Of a stretch of DNA of 64,000 nucleotides, positions 31,595-41,259 are shown piece by piece. Positions within the stretch are counted from its first letter, which is position 1. Each line of letters opens with the position of its first letter. The notes beneath the pieces were generated by a model. The model was given only the letters and a program-made list of their open reading frames with translations, had not been told where the DNA came from and ran no database searches. Where the stretch lies: the NCBI GenBank assembly GCA_033764095.1, contig JANRJF010000254.1:12338-76337 (forward strand). Direction: 5' to 3'. Source of the DNA: Deltaproteobacteria bacterium (GTDB lineage: Bacteria > Desulfobacterota > Binatia > HRBIN30 > CADEER01). A program made the translations under genes and the position numbers.

Positions 31595-31706
31595 TCCTCA
31601 CCCTGCGCGTCGCTGCCGCAGGGAGCAACTTTCTTGCCCGCCGCGGCCCGGCCCGCCGCGCGGCGGCCGGGTGCCGTCGGCAAAACGCAAAAGCGTCGGA
31701 GACCCA

Positions 31707-32132
31707 TCATCTGACCGGACTTTTGCCTTTCGCCGCGCGCCGCCGGCGGGCCGGCCGCGCCGGCTCGAACGGTGCCTCGACGCGCAGTCGCACGCGCCGC
31801 TCGCGCCCCGGTCCGCTCCACCGATAGTCGCGCAGCGAGACGCTGCCGGCGCGGAAGCGGATGCCCTCCAACTCGAGCAGCTCGCGTTGCAGGTCGGGGC
31901 GCTCGATGCCGCCGCGGATGCTGATGCGGCCGGCGGCGTTGATCACCCGCTGCCACGGCACGACGTGCAGCAGCGGGCGCGGCAGGTTGGCGAGGGCGGT
32001 GCCGACGGCGCGCGCGGCACGCGGGTGGCCGAGCAGTGCGGCCACCTGGCCGTAGGTGACGACGCGACCGCGCGGCACGCGCCGCACCAGCGCATACACG
32101 GCGCGGGCGAACTTCGGCGCCGCGGCGACCAT
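31707..32132 (-). CDS. atl: Alkyltransferase-like (ATL) protein, MGMT DNA-binding domain without the catalytic Cys
   Basis: VPRGRVVTYGQVA and VPWQRVIN are present; the canonical PCHRV Cys is replaced by Trp. Basic C-terminal tail. The start codon overlaps the yciI-like stop by 1 nt. Confidence 0.75.
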   Translation of the reverse strand: MVAAAPKFARAVYALVRRVPRGRVVTYGQVAALLGHPRAARAVGTALANLPRPLLHVVPWQRVINAAGRISIRGGIERPDLQRELLELEGIRFRAGSVSLRDYRWSGPGRERRVRLRVEAPFEPARPARRRRAAKGKSPVR

Positions 32133-32407
32133 CAGGCGGCGGGAAAGACCTGCAGGAAGGGGTGCACCTCGACGCGCTCGAAGATGCCGTTGACGACGTA
32201 GGGATCGCGGCCGACCAGCTCCCACACCGCGCCGAGCGACTCGGCCTCGATGACGATCAGGCTGCCGGCGCCGTCGGTGAGCGGCCCGGCGAGGCGCACC
32301 TTGCCGGCCTTCGACAGCGGCTCGAGATGCGCGAGGTGGGCAGGCCGGTGGGTCGGGCGCTTCTCCCTCGCGTCGCGCGCGTCGTGACCGATGATGACGA
32401 ACAACAT
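32132..32407 (-). CDS. YciI-like protein
   Basis: 91 aa: MLFVIIGHD...RPAHLAHL...GPL...DPY...FERVEVHPF, the typical YciI pattern. The remainder of the 32132..35371 ORF is an antisense artefact. Confidence 0.7.
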   Translation of the reverse strand: MLFVIIGHDARDAREKRPTHRPAHLAHLEPLSKAGKVRLAGPLTDGAGSLIVIEAESLGAVWELVGRDPYVVNGIFERVEVHPFLQVFPAA

Positions 32408-32506
32408 GTCGGGCTCCTTCTGCCGCGGTGGGGGTGAGCTAGCAGACCGGTGGCGTGTTGCGGAATCGCTTCCCTCTTGTGCGCCGGCTCCGTAGGGTGC
32501 GGGCTC

Positions 32507-33610
32507 ATGCGCGGCGGGGCAGCGGCAGCGTGGCGGGGCGGTGTACGTCTCGCGGTGGGCAGTCTCGCGCTGCTCGCCCTCGGTCGCCCGCTGGCGGCGC
32601 AGCAGTTCGAGTTCCTGCCGCCGGTGCCGACGCGCAACTTCGCCCCGCTGCAGCTCATCTTCCTCAACCCGCCATTCGAGTCGGCTGCCGTCATGCCCGC
32701 CGGCGAGCTGGCGCTGCTGGTGCAGACCAGCGAGAGCAGTGTCATCGCCACCAGCCAGGGAACGGTCGACGCGACGCTCAAGTTCGAGCAGAACTGGACC
32801 AACTTCGGCGCCCGCTACGCGCCCGCGGACCACTGGGAGGTCGGCCTCGATCTGCCGTTCATCTCCCGCTACGGCGGCTTCATGGATCCGGCGATCGACT
32901 GGGTCGAGGAACTGTTCGGGCTCAGCAACTCCGAGCGCAGCCTGTTTCCGAACAACACCTTCGGCGGCTACACCGTGTCGCGCAACGGTCAGATGGTGTT
33001 CGACGCCGGCGAGGAGAATTTCCAGCCCGGCGACCTGTCGCTGTCGACCAAGTACGAGCTGTCGCTGCCGCGCGAGTGGCCGCGTCTGGCGCTGCGCGGC
33101 GCCGTGAAGCTGCCGACCGGCAACGTCGGCGCCGCGCTCGGGAGCGGCAAGCCCGACTTCGGCCTCGGCGTCGCCGCCGACTATCTGCCGTGGGAGCGGC
33201 TGATGCTCTACGGCAACATGAACCTCGTGATTCCGGTCGGCCCGATCACCGACGCCTGCCTGACGCTCGACCCGATGTTCACCCAGTCGTTCGCCGCGCA
33301 CCTGGCGATCACCCGCGGCTTCGCCGCGATGCTGCATCAAGCGGTGTACACCAGCCCGTACCACGCCGGCTCGCGCATCCTCGACGGCACCGTGGTCGAG
33401 CTCGGCCTCGGACTCGGCTACGCCTGGAACGAGCACTTCGGCACGCAGCTGATGGCGATCGAGAACGTCAGCGGCGTGCAGCAGTCGGCCGACTTCAGCC
33501 TGATGCTCGCGTTCAGTTGGAAGCCGTGGGCGTTGCCACGCGCGCTGCCCGAGGTCGGCCCGCCGCTGCCGCACACCGCGCTGCCGCCGGTCGGCGCGCC
33601 GGCGCCTTGA
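32507..33610 (+). CDS. Putative outer-membrane beta-barrel protein (DUF3187-like)
   Basis: Signal peptide ending PLAA/QQ and alternating-hydrophobicity strands ending in aromatic residues (LMLAFSWKPW). The family call is tentative. Confidence 0.45.
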   Translation: MRGGAAAAWRGGVRLAVGSLALLALGRPLAAQQFEFLPPVPTRNFAPLQLIFLNPPFESAAVMPAGELALLVQTSESSVIATSQGTVDATLKFEQNWTNFGARYAPADHWEVGLDLPFISRYGGFMDPAIDWVEELFGLSNSERSLFPNNTFGGYTVSRNGQMVFDAGEENFQPGDLSLSTKYELSLPREWPRLALRGAVKLPTGNVGAALGSGKPDFGLGVAADYLPWERLMLYGNMNLVIPVGPITDACLTLDPMFTQSFAAHLAITRGFAAMLHQAVYTSPYHAGSRILDGTVVELGLGLGYAWNEHFGTQLMAIENVSGVQQSADFSLMLAFSWKPWALPRALPEVGPPLPHTALPPVGAPAP

Positions 33611-33664
33611 CCGCCTCGGCGAGCGCCGCGTAGGTAGGCCACTTCGCAAAGAAGGAGCTCGAGC

Positions 33665-34594
33665 GTGGGAGAGATGTTGCGCGGCAAGGTGGCCGTGGTC
33701 ACTGGCGCCGGGCGCGGCATCGGGCGCGGGGTGGCGCTCGAGCTGGCCGACCAGGGCGCGCAGGTGGTGGTCAACGACTACGGCGTCGGCCTCGACGGCC
33801 GCGAGCCGAGCAGCGCGCCGGCCGAGGCGGTGGTGGCGGAGATCAACGCCGCCGGCGGCGAGGCGGTGGCGAACGCCAACTCGGTCGCCGAATGGGACAG
33901 CGCCAAGGCGATCATCGACCAGGCGCTGCGCGACTTCGGCCGGCTCGACATCGTCGTCACCTGCGCCGGCTTCCTGCGCGACCGCATGATCTTCAACATG
34001 GCGGAAGAAGAGTGGGACGCGGTGATCGGCGTGCACCTCAAGGGCACCTTCAACTGCGTGCGCCACGCCGCGCCGCTGTTCAAGGAACAGCGCGGCGGCC
34101 GCCTCATCACCTTCTCGTCCGGCGCCGGCATGTTCGGCAATCCCGGCCAGGCCAACTACGGCGCCGCCAAGGCGGGTATCAGCGGGCTGACCAAGGTGGT
34201 GGCGCGCGACCTCGGCCGCTACGGCGTCACCGCCAACAGTATCTGTCCCGTCGCGGCGACCCGCATGACGATGACCGAGGCGACGCTGAAGGCGCGCGAG
34301 ATCCGCAAGCAGCAGGGCATCGTGCGCGAGGAATCCGCCTTGCGGCAATTGGAGAACCTGACGCCGGAGGACGTCGCGCCAATGGTCGCCTTCCTGGCCA
34401 GCGATTTCGCCGCCAATGTGAACGGCCAGATCTTCCTGTGCGCTGGCACCAGCTACTCGCTGCTGGCACTGCCGCGGGCGGAGAAGACGCTCTACAAGGA
34501 AGGGCGCTGGACGCTCGACGAGCTCGACGCGTTGGTGCCGCAGACGCTGGCCGAGGGGCTGAAGAACCCGGCCCCGCCGAAGCGGGAGGCCTGA
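33665..34594 (+). CDS. SDR-family oxidoreductase (hydroxyacyl-CoA dehydrogenase-like)
   Basis: TGAGRGIG cofactor motif, NAG, and a YGAAK catalytic motif. GGAG RBS before the GTG at 33665. Confidence 0.85.
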   Translation: MGEMLRGKVAVVTGAGRGIGRGVALELADQGAQVVVNDYGVGLDGREPSSAPAEAVVAEINAAGGEAVANANSVAEWDSAKAIIDQALRDFGRLDIVVTCAGFLRDRMIFNMAEEEWDAVIGVHLKGTFNCVRHAAPLFKEQRGGRLITFSSGAGMFGNPGQANYGAAKAGISGLTKVVARDLGRYGVTANSICPVAATRMTMTEATLKAREIRKQQGIVREESALRQLENLTPEDVAPMVAFLASDFAANVNGQIFLCAGTSYSLLALPRAEKTLYKEGRWTLDELDALVPQTLAEGLKNPAPPKREA

Positions 34595-34600
34595 GGCGCC

Positions 34601-35539
34601 ATGGGCAATCGACTGCAGGGCAAGGTCGCGGTGGTGACCGGCGCCGGGCGCGGCATCGGCCACGGCATCGCGGTGCTGATGGCGTCCGAAGGGGCCGCGG
34701 TGGTGATCAACGATCTTGGCGTCAGCCTCGACGGGCAGGGGCGCGACACCTCGGCTGCCGACGAGACGGTGGCGGAGATCAAGGCGGCCGGCGGGCGCGC
34801 CGTCGCCAACTACGACAGCGTCGCCGACTTCCGCGCCGCCGCGGGCATCATCGACACCGCGGTGCGCGAGTTCGGCCGCCTCGACATCCTGGTCAACAAC
34901 GCCGGCATTCTGCGCGACCGCATGATCTTCAACATGAGCGAGGACGACTTCGATTCCGTCATCGCCGTGCACCTGAAGGGCACCTTCAACTGCAGCCGCC
35001 ACGCCGCGGTGCGCATGCGCGAGCAGAAGGGCGGCCGCATCATCAGCATGTCGTCGACCTCGGGTCTGTATGGCAATCCCGGCCAGGCCAACTACGGCGC
35101 CGCCAAGGATGGGATCGCCGGTTTCACCCGCGTCATCTCGCGCGACCTGGGCCGCTACGGCATCACCGTCAACGCCATCGCGCCGGCGGCGGCGACGCGC
35201 ATGACCGCCTCGGTCGGCGATGCGGCGCGCGCGGCCCGGCAGAAGGCCGGCATCGCCAGCATGGGCGCCGAGGCGCGCACCCTGCTGCCGCGGCCGCAAC
35301 GCGAGCCGGACGACGTGGCGCCGTTCGCCACCTATCTGGCGAGCGACGCGGCGGCCGACATCAACGGCCAAGTGTTCGTGGTCATGGGCGGCATCATCTC
35401 GCTGACCAACTACCCGGCGCCGGTGCGCACCATCACCAAGCCGACGCGCTGGCGGCCCGAGGAGATCGCGGCGCTGTTTCCGTCGACGCTGGGGATGGAT
35501 CTGCTCAATCCGGCGCCGCCGCAGCCGCCCAAGGCGTGA
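34601..35539 (+). CDS. SDR-family oxidoreductase, tandem paralog
   Basis: TGAGRGIG, NNAG, YGAAK. Collinear with the preceding SDR. Confidence 0.85.
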   Translation: MGNRLQGKVAVVTGAGRGIGHGIAVLMASEGAAVVINDLGVSLDGQGRDTSAADETVAEIKAAGGRAVANYDSVADFRAAAGIIDTAVREFGRLDILVNNAGILRDRMIFNMSEDDFDSVIAVHLKGTFNCSRHAAVRMREQKGGRIISMSSTSGLYGNPGQANYGAAKDGIAGFTRVISRDLGRYGITVNAIAPAAATRMTASVGDAARAARQKAGIASMGAEARTLLPRPQREPDDVAPFATYLASDAAADINGQVFVVMGGIISLTNYPAPVRTITKPTRWRPEEIAALFPSTLGMDLLNPAPPQPPKA

Positions 35540-35549
35540 GGCGACGGCA

Positions 35550-36011
35550 ATGGCGATGCCGCACGTCTGGGGGCGCTATTTCGACGACTTCACCGTCGGC
35601 GAGGTGATCGAGCACTGGCCGGGTCGCACCATCCGCGAAGCGGACGACACCTGGTTCACGCTGCTGACCATGAACACCAACCCGATCCACTTCGACGACC
35701 ACTTCGCCAGCCAATCGCAGCACGGTCGGTGCCTGGTGAACGGCACGCTGGTGTTCGCCGTCGTCGTCGGCATGTCGGTGCGCGACATCAGCCAGACGGC
35801 GATCGCCAACCTGGAGTACGAGTTCGTCCGCCACCTCGGTCCGACCTTTCACGGCGACACGCTCTACGCGTCCTCGGAGATCCTCGAGAAGACCGAGTCG
35901 TCGAAAGGCGACCGCGGCGTGCTCTACGTCGAGACGCGGGGCCGCAACCAGCGCGACGAGCCGATCATGTCGCTGCGCCGCCGCGTCCTGCTGCCGCGCC
36001 GCTCGGCCTGA
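35550..36011 (+). CDS. MaoC-like (R)-specific enoyl-CoA hydratase / dehydratase
   Basis: Hot-dog fold motifs (TMNTNPIHFD, GTLVFAVVVG). Confidence 0.8.
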   Translation: MAMPHVWGRYFDDFTVGEVIEHWPGRTIREADDTWFTLLTMNTNPIHFDDHFASQSQHGRCLVNGTLVFAVVVGMSVRDISQTAIANLEYEFVRHLGPTFHGDTLYASSEILEKTESSKGDRGVLYVETRGRNQRDEPIMSLRRRVLLPRRSA

Positions 36012-36012
36012 G

Positions 36013-37620
36013 CTACTCGGCTGGGTCGCTGTCGCCGACCATCTCGGCGGCGGCGGCGCGCAGGCGCTGGCGGTCGACCTTGCCGCTGCCCAGCGTCGGC
36101 AACTCGGCCTCGGCGACGAAGAAGACGTGGCGCGGCACCTTGTAGGTGGCCAGGCTGGCGCGACAGTGTGCCTGCAGGTCGCTGGCCGAGCAGGTCGGAT
36201 CGCGCCGCACGATGAACGCGCCGACATTCTCGCCGCGCGTCGGGTGCGGCACCGGCACGACGTGCGCGACCTTCACCGCCGGGTGTCGCAGCAGCGTCGC
36301 CTCGACCTCGGCGGCGGCGACGTTGACGCCGGCGGTCTTGATCACGTCCTTCAGCCGCCCGACGAAGTGCAGCCAGCCGCGCGCGTCGAGCCGGCCGCAG
36401 TCGCCGGTGTGGAAGTAGCCCTCGGCGTCGAAACAGTCGCGCGCCTCGCACCGGTAGTAGGTGCGCATCAGGCTGGCGCCGCGCACGGCGATCTCGCCCT
36501 CGCTGCCGACCGGCAGTGGCTGGTTGGTGTCGGGGTCGACGATGCGCAGATCGAGGCCCGGCATCGGGCGGCCGTGCGCGCCGGCGCGGTCGGCGGCGGC
36601 GTCGTCCCAGCGTGCGCAGGCCGCCATCGGCCCGGTTTCGGTCATGCCCCACGCGCCGACCGCCTGGTGGTCGGGCTGGAACAGCGCCGCGGCCCACTTG
36701 GTATTGGCGCCCGGCCCCTTGCGCAGCTGCAGACGCTGGCGGTCGAAGTGCGGGTGACGCAGCAGCGCCTCGGCCTGGTGCGGCCAGGCGAACAGCGTCG
36801 TGGCGCGATGGCGCTCGAGCAGGGCGAGCGTCTCCTCGGCGTCGAACACCTCCTGCAGCAGCACGCTGGCACCGCGCGTCAGCGTCGCCAGCGTCACGCC
36901 GACCAGCCCGCCGTTGAAGAACAGCGGCAGGTAGCCGTACGTCACGTCGTCGGCGTCGAGGCCGAGCCGCTCGGCGACGTTGTCGGCGCCGGCCAGCATG
37001 CTGGCGTGCGTGTGCACGACGCCCTTCGGGGCAGCCGTGCTGCCCGAGGTGAAGAAGATCGCCGCGTCGTCGGTCGGCGCCACCGCGTCGAGTGCCGCGA
37101 CGCTCCACGGCGTCGAGCCCGGCTCGCCGCGGGCCAGGAAGTCCTCCCAGGCCAGCACCGCGCGCGGCAGGTCGTCGCCGTCGCAGATGACGCGCCGCAG
37201 GGCGGGCAGCGCCGCGCTGCGTAGCGCAGCGCCCGCCTGGTGCGTCAGCTCGGGGCACAGCTCGACCAGCATCGTCAGGTAGTGGTTGCGCAGGAAGCGG
37301 CCGACGGTGATCAGCACGGTGACGTCGGCGTGCAGCAACGCATGATGCAGTTCGGGTCCGCGATAGAGCGTGTTGAGCGGCACGACGATCGCGCCCAGCC
37401 GCCAGGCGCCGAAGGCGCAGCGCAACCAGTCGGGGCGGTTGGGCATCAGGATGCCGACACGCGTGCCCTTGCCGACGCCGAGGGCGGCGAGCGCCGCGGC
37501 GACGCGGCGCGCGTCGGCGGCGAGGTCGGCAAAGGACAGCAGGCTGTCGCCGCTGCGCAGCGCTGGACGACTGCCGTGTGTCGCGGCGAGGGCTTTCAGC
37601 CGGTGGCCGATGGTCGGCAT
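36013..37620 (-). CDS. AMP-dependent acyl-CoA synthetase/ligase
   Basis: AMP-binding motif FFTSGSTAAPKGV, a GWGMTE-like WGMTETG, YHTGD, and the C-terminal GKVDR lysine motif. Start taken at MPTIGHRL. Confidence 0.85.
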   Translation of the reverse strand: MPTIGHRLKALAATHGSRPALRSGDSLLSFADLAADARRVAAALAALGVGKGTRVGILMPNRPDWLRCAFGAWRLGAIVVPLNTLYRGPELHHALLHADVTVLITVGRFLRNHYLTMLVELCPELTHQAGAALRSAALPALRRVICDGDDLPRAVLAWEDFLARGEPGSTPWSVAALDAVAPTDDAAIFFTSGSTAAPKGVVHTHASMLAGADNVAERLGLDADDVTYGYLPLFFNGGLVGVTLATLTRGASVLLQEVFDAEETLALLERHRATTLFAWPHQAEALLRHPHFDRQRLQLRKGPGANTKWAAALFQPDHQAVGAWGMTETGPMAACARWDDAAADRAGAHGRPMPGLDLRIVDPDTNQPLPVGSEGEIAVRGASLMRTYYRCEARDCFDAEGYFHTGDCGRLDARGWLHFVGRLKDVIKTAGVNVAAAEVEATLLRHPAVKVAHVVPVPHPTRGENVGAFIVRRDPTCSASDLQAHCRASLATYKVPRHVFFVAEAELPTLGSGKVDRQRLRAAAAEMVGDSDPAE

Positions 37621-37709
37621 CTGCGCTCCGGTTATCGCCGGGCCAGCGGGAAGGCAACGCGTTGGCCGCCGCCCGGCCACCTCGCTAGAAGCGGCACGGA
37701 GGCAGCGTC

Positions 37710-39992
37710 GTGTCGGAAGCATCCCCCGCGCCGGGCGGCGCACCCAGACCGCGCGTCGGCGCGGTCGCGCTGCTGGCGCTGGCCCTGGCCTGTGGCGCGG
37801 TCGGCCAGTGGCACTTCGAGAGTGCGCAACCGTGGCGCGTGCAGCAGTGGGAGCGCTTCGTCGCGCAGCGCACGGCGGGGGTGATCTGGTATGGCGCGAT
37901 GGCGATCGCCGCCGCGCTGTTCGTCTGGCGGGCGCGCGACTGGCCGCCGCCGGTGGCCGGCCGCCGTCTGCGCTGGGCGGCGGGGACCGCGCTGCTGCTG
38001 CTCGTCGTCGCCGCCGGCTGGCTGCGTTTCCATCGCCTGCACGAGCTGCCCCCGGGGCTCTGGGTGGACGAGGCGCTGAACGGCGTCCAGGCGGTACAGA
38101 TCGCCGCCAGCGGTCGGCCGCTGGCGGCGTTGCCGCCCGAGGACCTGCGCACCGGGTTGGGGGCCGGCTTCGTCGACCTCGCCGGCCTCGCCTTCGCGCT
38201 GTTCGACTTCGATGACGGTCCCTGGGGCGTTCGCGCCGTCGCGGCGGTGATCGGCATCGCCGCGGTCGCCGCCGCCAGCGCGCTCGCCTGGGTGTGGTTC
38301 GGGCCGCTGGCCGCGCTCGCTGCCGGCGGATGGCTGACGATCTCGCAGTGGCACCTCAACTACTCGCGTTGGGGCGAGATGCCGCTGATGTCATCGCTGG
38401 TCGAGACGCTGATCGCGCTCGGCGTCACCGTCGCCCTGCGGGCGCGCGGCCGGCGCGCCTGGGCGGCATGGCTGTTCGCCGGCGTCATGACCGGTCTCGG
38501 CGTCTACACCTACCAGACCTTCCGACTCTTCATCGTCCTCGCCGGCGGCGCCGCCGGGTTGTGTGCATGGCGCCGGCGCGCCGTGTTGGTGCCGCATCGG
38601 CGGCCGCTGTTGGCGGCCCTGCTGCTGGCGGCGGTGGTGACACTGCCGATGCTGCGCTACGCGCTCAGCGCGCCGGAGCAGTTCGGCGAGCGCGCCATGG
38701 GCACGCTGATCCTCGGGCGCGAGGACTGGCGCGCGCAGCTCGCCGATTCACTGCCGCGCTCATTGCTCGCCTTCCAACTGGTCGGCGACGACAATCCGCG
38801 CCACAACCTGCCTTTCGCACCGTTGCTGACGCCGATCCCGGCGGTGCTGGCGGGGCTCGGCTTGGCGCTCTGCCTGGCGCGCGCGCGGCATCCGCCGTGC
38901 GGCGCGACCGCGCTCTGGTTCGCCATCGCGCTGGTGCCTGCCGTCATCACGCTGGAGGCGCCGCATGCCTCGCGCCTGCTCGACGCGATCGTGCCGCTGG
39001 CCCTGATGATCGGCGTCGCCGTGCAGGCGCTGATCGCCGCGCTGCAGGTCCTGTTGCCGGCCCGCCTGGCGGCGCCCGCCGCGTTCGCCGCGGCCGGCCT
39101 GGCCGCGGCGCTGACCGCGCGCGCCGAATGGCACCAGTATTTTGTCGCGCGCGAAGCCCTGCCGGCGTTCACCGACGCGTTCTTTCCCTACGAGTCGGCG
39201 CCGGGCCGCTATCTCGCGCGCCATGCGCCGGACGCGACCGTGTACCTCGACCCGGTCACCTACTGGCAGCCGGCGACCTTCTTCGTCGCACATCGCTATC
39301 TCGAGACGCGGCCCAACGACGTGCGTGAGCTGTTCCTGGCGCACGACTTCCCGCCGCGCGCGCCGCTGACCCGCGACGCGCTCTATCTGCTGCCGCGGCC
39401 CTACGCGACGTTCGCCGCGGTGCTCGAGTCGCTGTCGCCCGACACCGCCTGCGAGACCGTCCGCGATCGCTTCGCGCGCGTCGACATGATCGCCTGTCGC
39501 GTGCCGCGCGACGCGATGAACGACGCCATCGCGCGCGGGTGGCGTCCGCCCTACGGCCTGCGCGGGCGCTTCTACCGCGGCGGCGAGAACGGCGCGCTGC
39601 TCGCCGAGACGCCGTTGCCCTATGCGCTGGCCGAGTATTCGCTCGATCGACCGCCGGTCGGTCACTTCGATCTCGCCGTGTGGGAGGGCACCATCGACCT
39701 GCCGGTCGACGGCGAGTACTTCTTCCGCCTCAACCCCGACACGACGACGCTGGAGATCGACGGCCAGCGCATCCTGTCGCACCACGGCGACGCCGCGTTC
39801 GGCGGCGCCAACGAGGGCCGCGCCCGGCTGCGCGCCGGGCGCCGGCCGATCCGCATCACGCTGGCGCCGGGAACCGGCGGTCCGAACTTTCTCTGGTTCT
39901 ACTGGCAGCCGCCCGGCGGCGAGGGCGATTGGGTGCCTGCCACCGTGTTGCGGCCGGCGGCGGACCGGTCGGCAGCCTCGCCTCCGTCTTGA
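37710..39992 (+). CDS. GT-C (GT39/PMT_2, ArnT-like) glycosyltransferase fused to a C-terminal PA14 domain
   Basis: More than 10 TM segments with a first-loop acidic motif (LWVDEALNG). The C-terminal 140 or so aa match the PA14 pattern (GLRGRFYRGG...AVWEGTIDLPVDGEYFFRL...LEIDGQRIL). Confidence 0.7.
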   Translation: MSEASPAPGGAPRPRVGAVALLALALACGAVGQWHFESAQPWRVQQWERFVAQRTAGVIWYGAMAIAAALFVWRARDWPPPVAGRRLRWAAGTALLLLVVAAGWLRFHRLHELPPGLWVDEALNGVQAVQIAASGRPLAALPPEDLRTGLGAGFVDLAGLAFALFDFDDGPWGVRAVAAVIGIAAVAAASALAWVWFGPLAALAAGGWLTISQWHLNYSRWGEMPLMSSLVETLIALGVTVALRARGRRAWAAWLFAGVMTGLGVYTYQTFRLFIVLAGGAAGLCAWRRRAVLVPHRRPLLAALLLAAVVTLPMLRYALSAPEQFGERAMGTLILGREDWRAQLADSLPRSLLAFQLVGDDNPRHNLPFAPLLTPIPAVLAGLGLALCLARARHPPCGATALWFAIALVPAVITLEAPHASRLLDAIVPLALMIGVAVQALIAALQVLLPARLAAPAAFAAAGLAAALTARAEWHQYFVAREALPAFTDAFFPYESAPGRYLARHAPDATVYLDPVTYWQPATFFVAHRYLETRPNDVRELFLAHDFPPRAPLTRDALYLLPRPYATFAAVLESLSPDTACETVRDRFARVDMIACRVPRDAMNDAIARGWRPPYGLRGRFYRGGENGALLAETPLPYALAEYSLDRPPVGHFDLAVWEGTIDLPVDGEYFFRLNPDTTTLEIDGQRILSHHGDAAFGGANEGRARLRAGRRPIRITLAPGTGGPNFLWFYWQPPGGEGDWVPATVLRPAADRSAASPPS

Positions 39993-40023
39993 AGGGGTGC
40001 ACCGACGCCGCTAGCGTGTCGTC

Positions 40024-41259
40024 ATGGTCTGGTTGGCTCGCACGCGCGCTGCGGCGGTGCGCGTGTTCTTTCTCGCCTTCTTTCGTTTGCTGATCGCCGC
40101 TGCCAGCGCGGCGCAGTGGGCGGTGCTGGCGTGGGTCGCGGTGGTCGGGCTCGGCGCCGCCATCGGCTGGCCGCTCCACCTGCTCGGCATCGCCGCCTTC
40201 TATGCGATCAATCGCATGCTGACGCGTCCCGGCCGGCGGCCGAGCGGGGCGGGGATGCGGCTCTACACCGCGACCGCCTTCGTCTCCCTGTTCTGCGCGC
40301 TGTTCCTGCTCGTCACCTGGGTTGCGTTCGGAATCGCCGACGGCGTCCTCGGGGTCCTCGCCGCGCAGGCGGTCGGGTCGGCCGGGCAGGGGGCGGTCGC
40401 GGCCGGGACGGGCGGCGCCTTTCGCTGGGTGGCGTCGTCCGGCATGGCGGCGATCGGCTTGGTGATGGGCTACGGGTACCTCTTCGGGCAGCACGAATTG
40501 CGCGTCACGCGCACCGAAGTGCCGGTCAGCGGGTTGGCCCGGCCGCTGCGCGTCGCCCAGATCAGCGACATCCATGTCGGCCAGAACCTCAGCCACGCGC
40601 AATTGACCACGTTCGTCGCGGCGGTGAACGCGACCTTGCCCGACCTGATCTGCATCACCGGCGACATCGCCGACTCGCCGCTCGCCGATCTCGACGGGTT
40701 CTTCCCGCTGCTGGCGCGGCTCGAGGCGCGGCACGGCGTGCTCGCCATCCTGGGCAACCACGACCACGCCGCCGGCGCCGACCGCGTCGCCGCGGCGCTG
40801 CGACGCTGGACGCCGTTCACGGTGCTGCGCGACGACGCGGTGACCCTCGCCATCGAGGATGCGCGTTTGCACGTCATCGGCCTCGACGACCGCGGGCGCG
40901 ACTGGGCGCGCGGCCTGCGCGCCGACGTCCACCTCGAACGCCTGCTGGCGGCGGCCCCGGACGACGTGCCGCGGCTCTTGCTGTCGCATCGCCCCGACAT
41001 CTTCCCGCAGGCGGCGAGCGGCGACGTGGTGCTGACGCTTGCCGGGCACACGCACGGCGGCCAGCTCGCCGTGCCCTGGTTTGGCGGGCGGCGGCGCAAT
41101 CTCGCCGAGTTCATCACCCGTTTCGATCGCGGCCTCTACCGTGACGGCGCCGCGCACCTCTACGTCAACGCCGGCCTCGGCGTCACCGGCCAGCGTATCC
41201 GCCTGTGGACGCCGCGCGAGATCAGCCTGTTCGAGCTGGCGCCGGCATCCAGCGCCTGA
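40024..41259 (+). CDS. Membrane-anchored metallophosphoesterase (YkuE-like)
   Basis: N-terminal TM helices followed by SDIHVG, TGDIAD, GNHDH and GHTHGGQ motifs. Confidence 0.85.
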   Translation: MVWLARTRAAAVRVFFLAFFRLLIAAASAAQWAVLAWVAVVGLGAAIGWPLHLLGIAAFYAINRMLTRPGRRPSGAGMRLYTATAFVSLFCALFLLVTWVAFGIADGVLGVLAAQAVGSAGQGAVAAGTGGAFRWVASSGMAAIGLVMGYGYLFGQHELRVTRTEVPVSGLARPLRVAQISDIHVGQNLSHAQLTTFVAAVNATLPDLICITGDIADSPLADLDGFFPLLARLEARHGVLAILGNHDHAAGADRVAAALRRWTPFTVLRDDAVTLAIEDARLHVIGLDDRGRDWARGLRADVHLERLLAAAPDDVPRLLLSHRPDIFPQAASGDVVLTLAGHTHGGQLAVPWFGGRRRNLAEFITRFDRGLYRDGAAHLYVNAGLGVTGQRIRLWTPREISLFELAPASSA

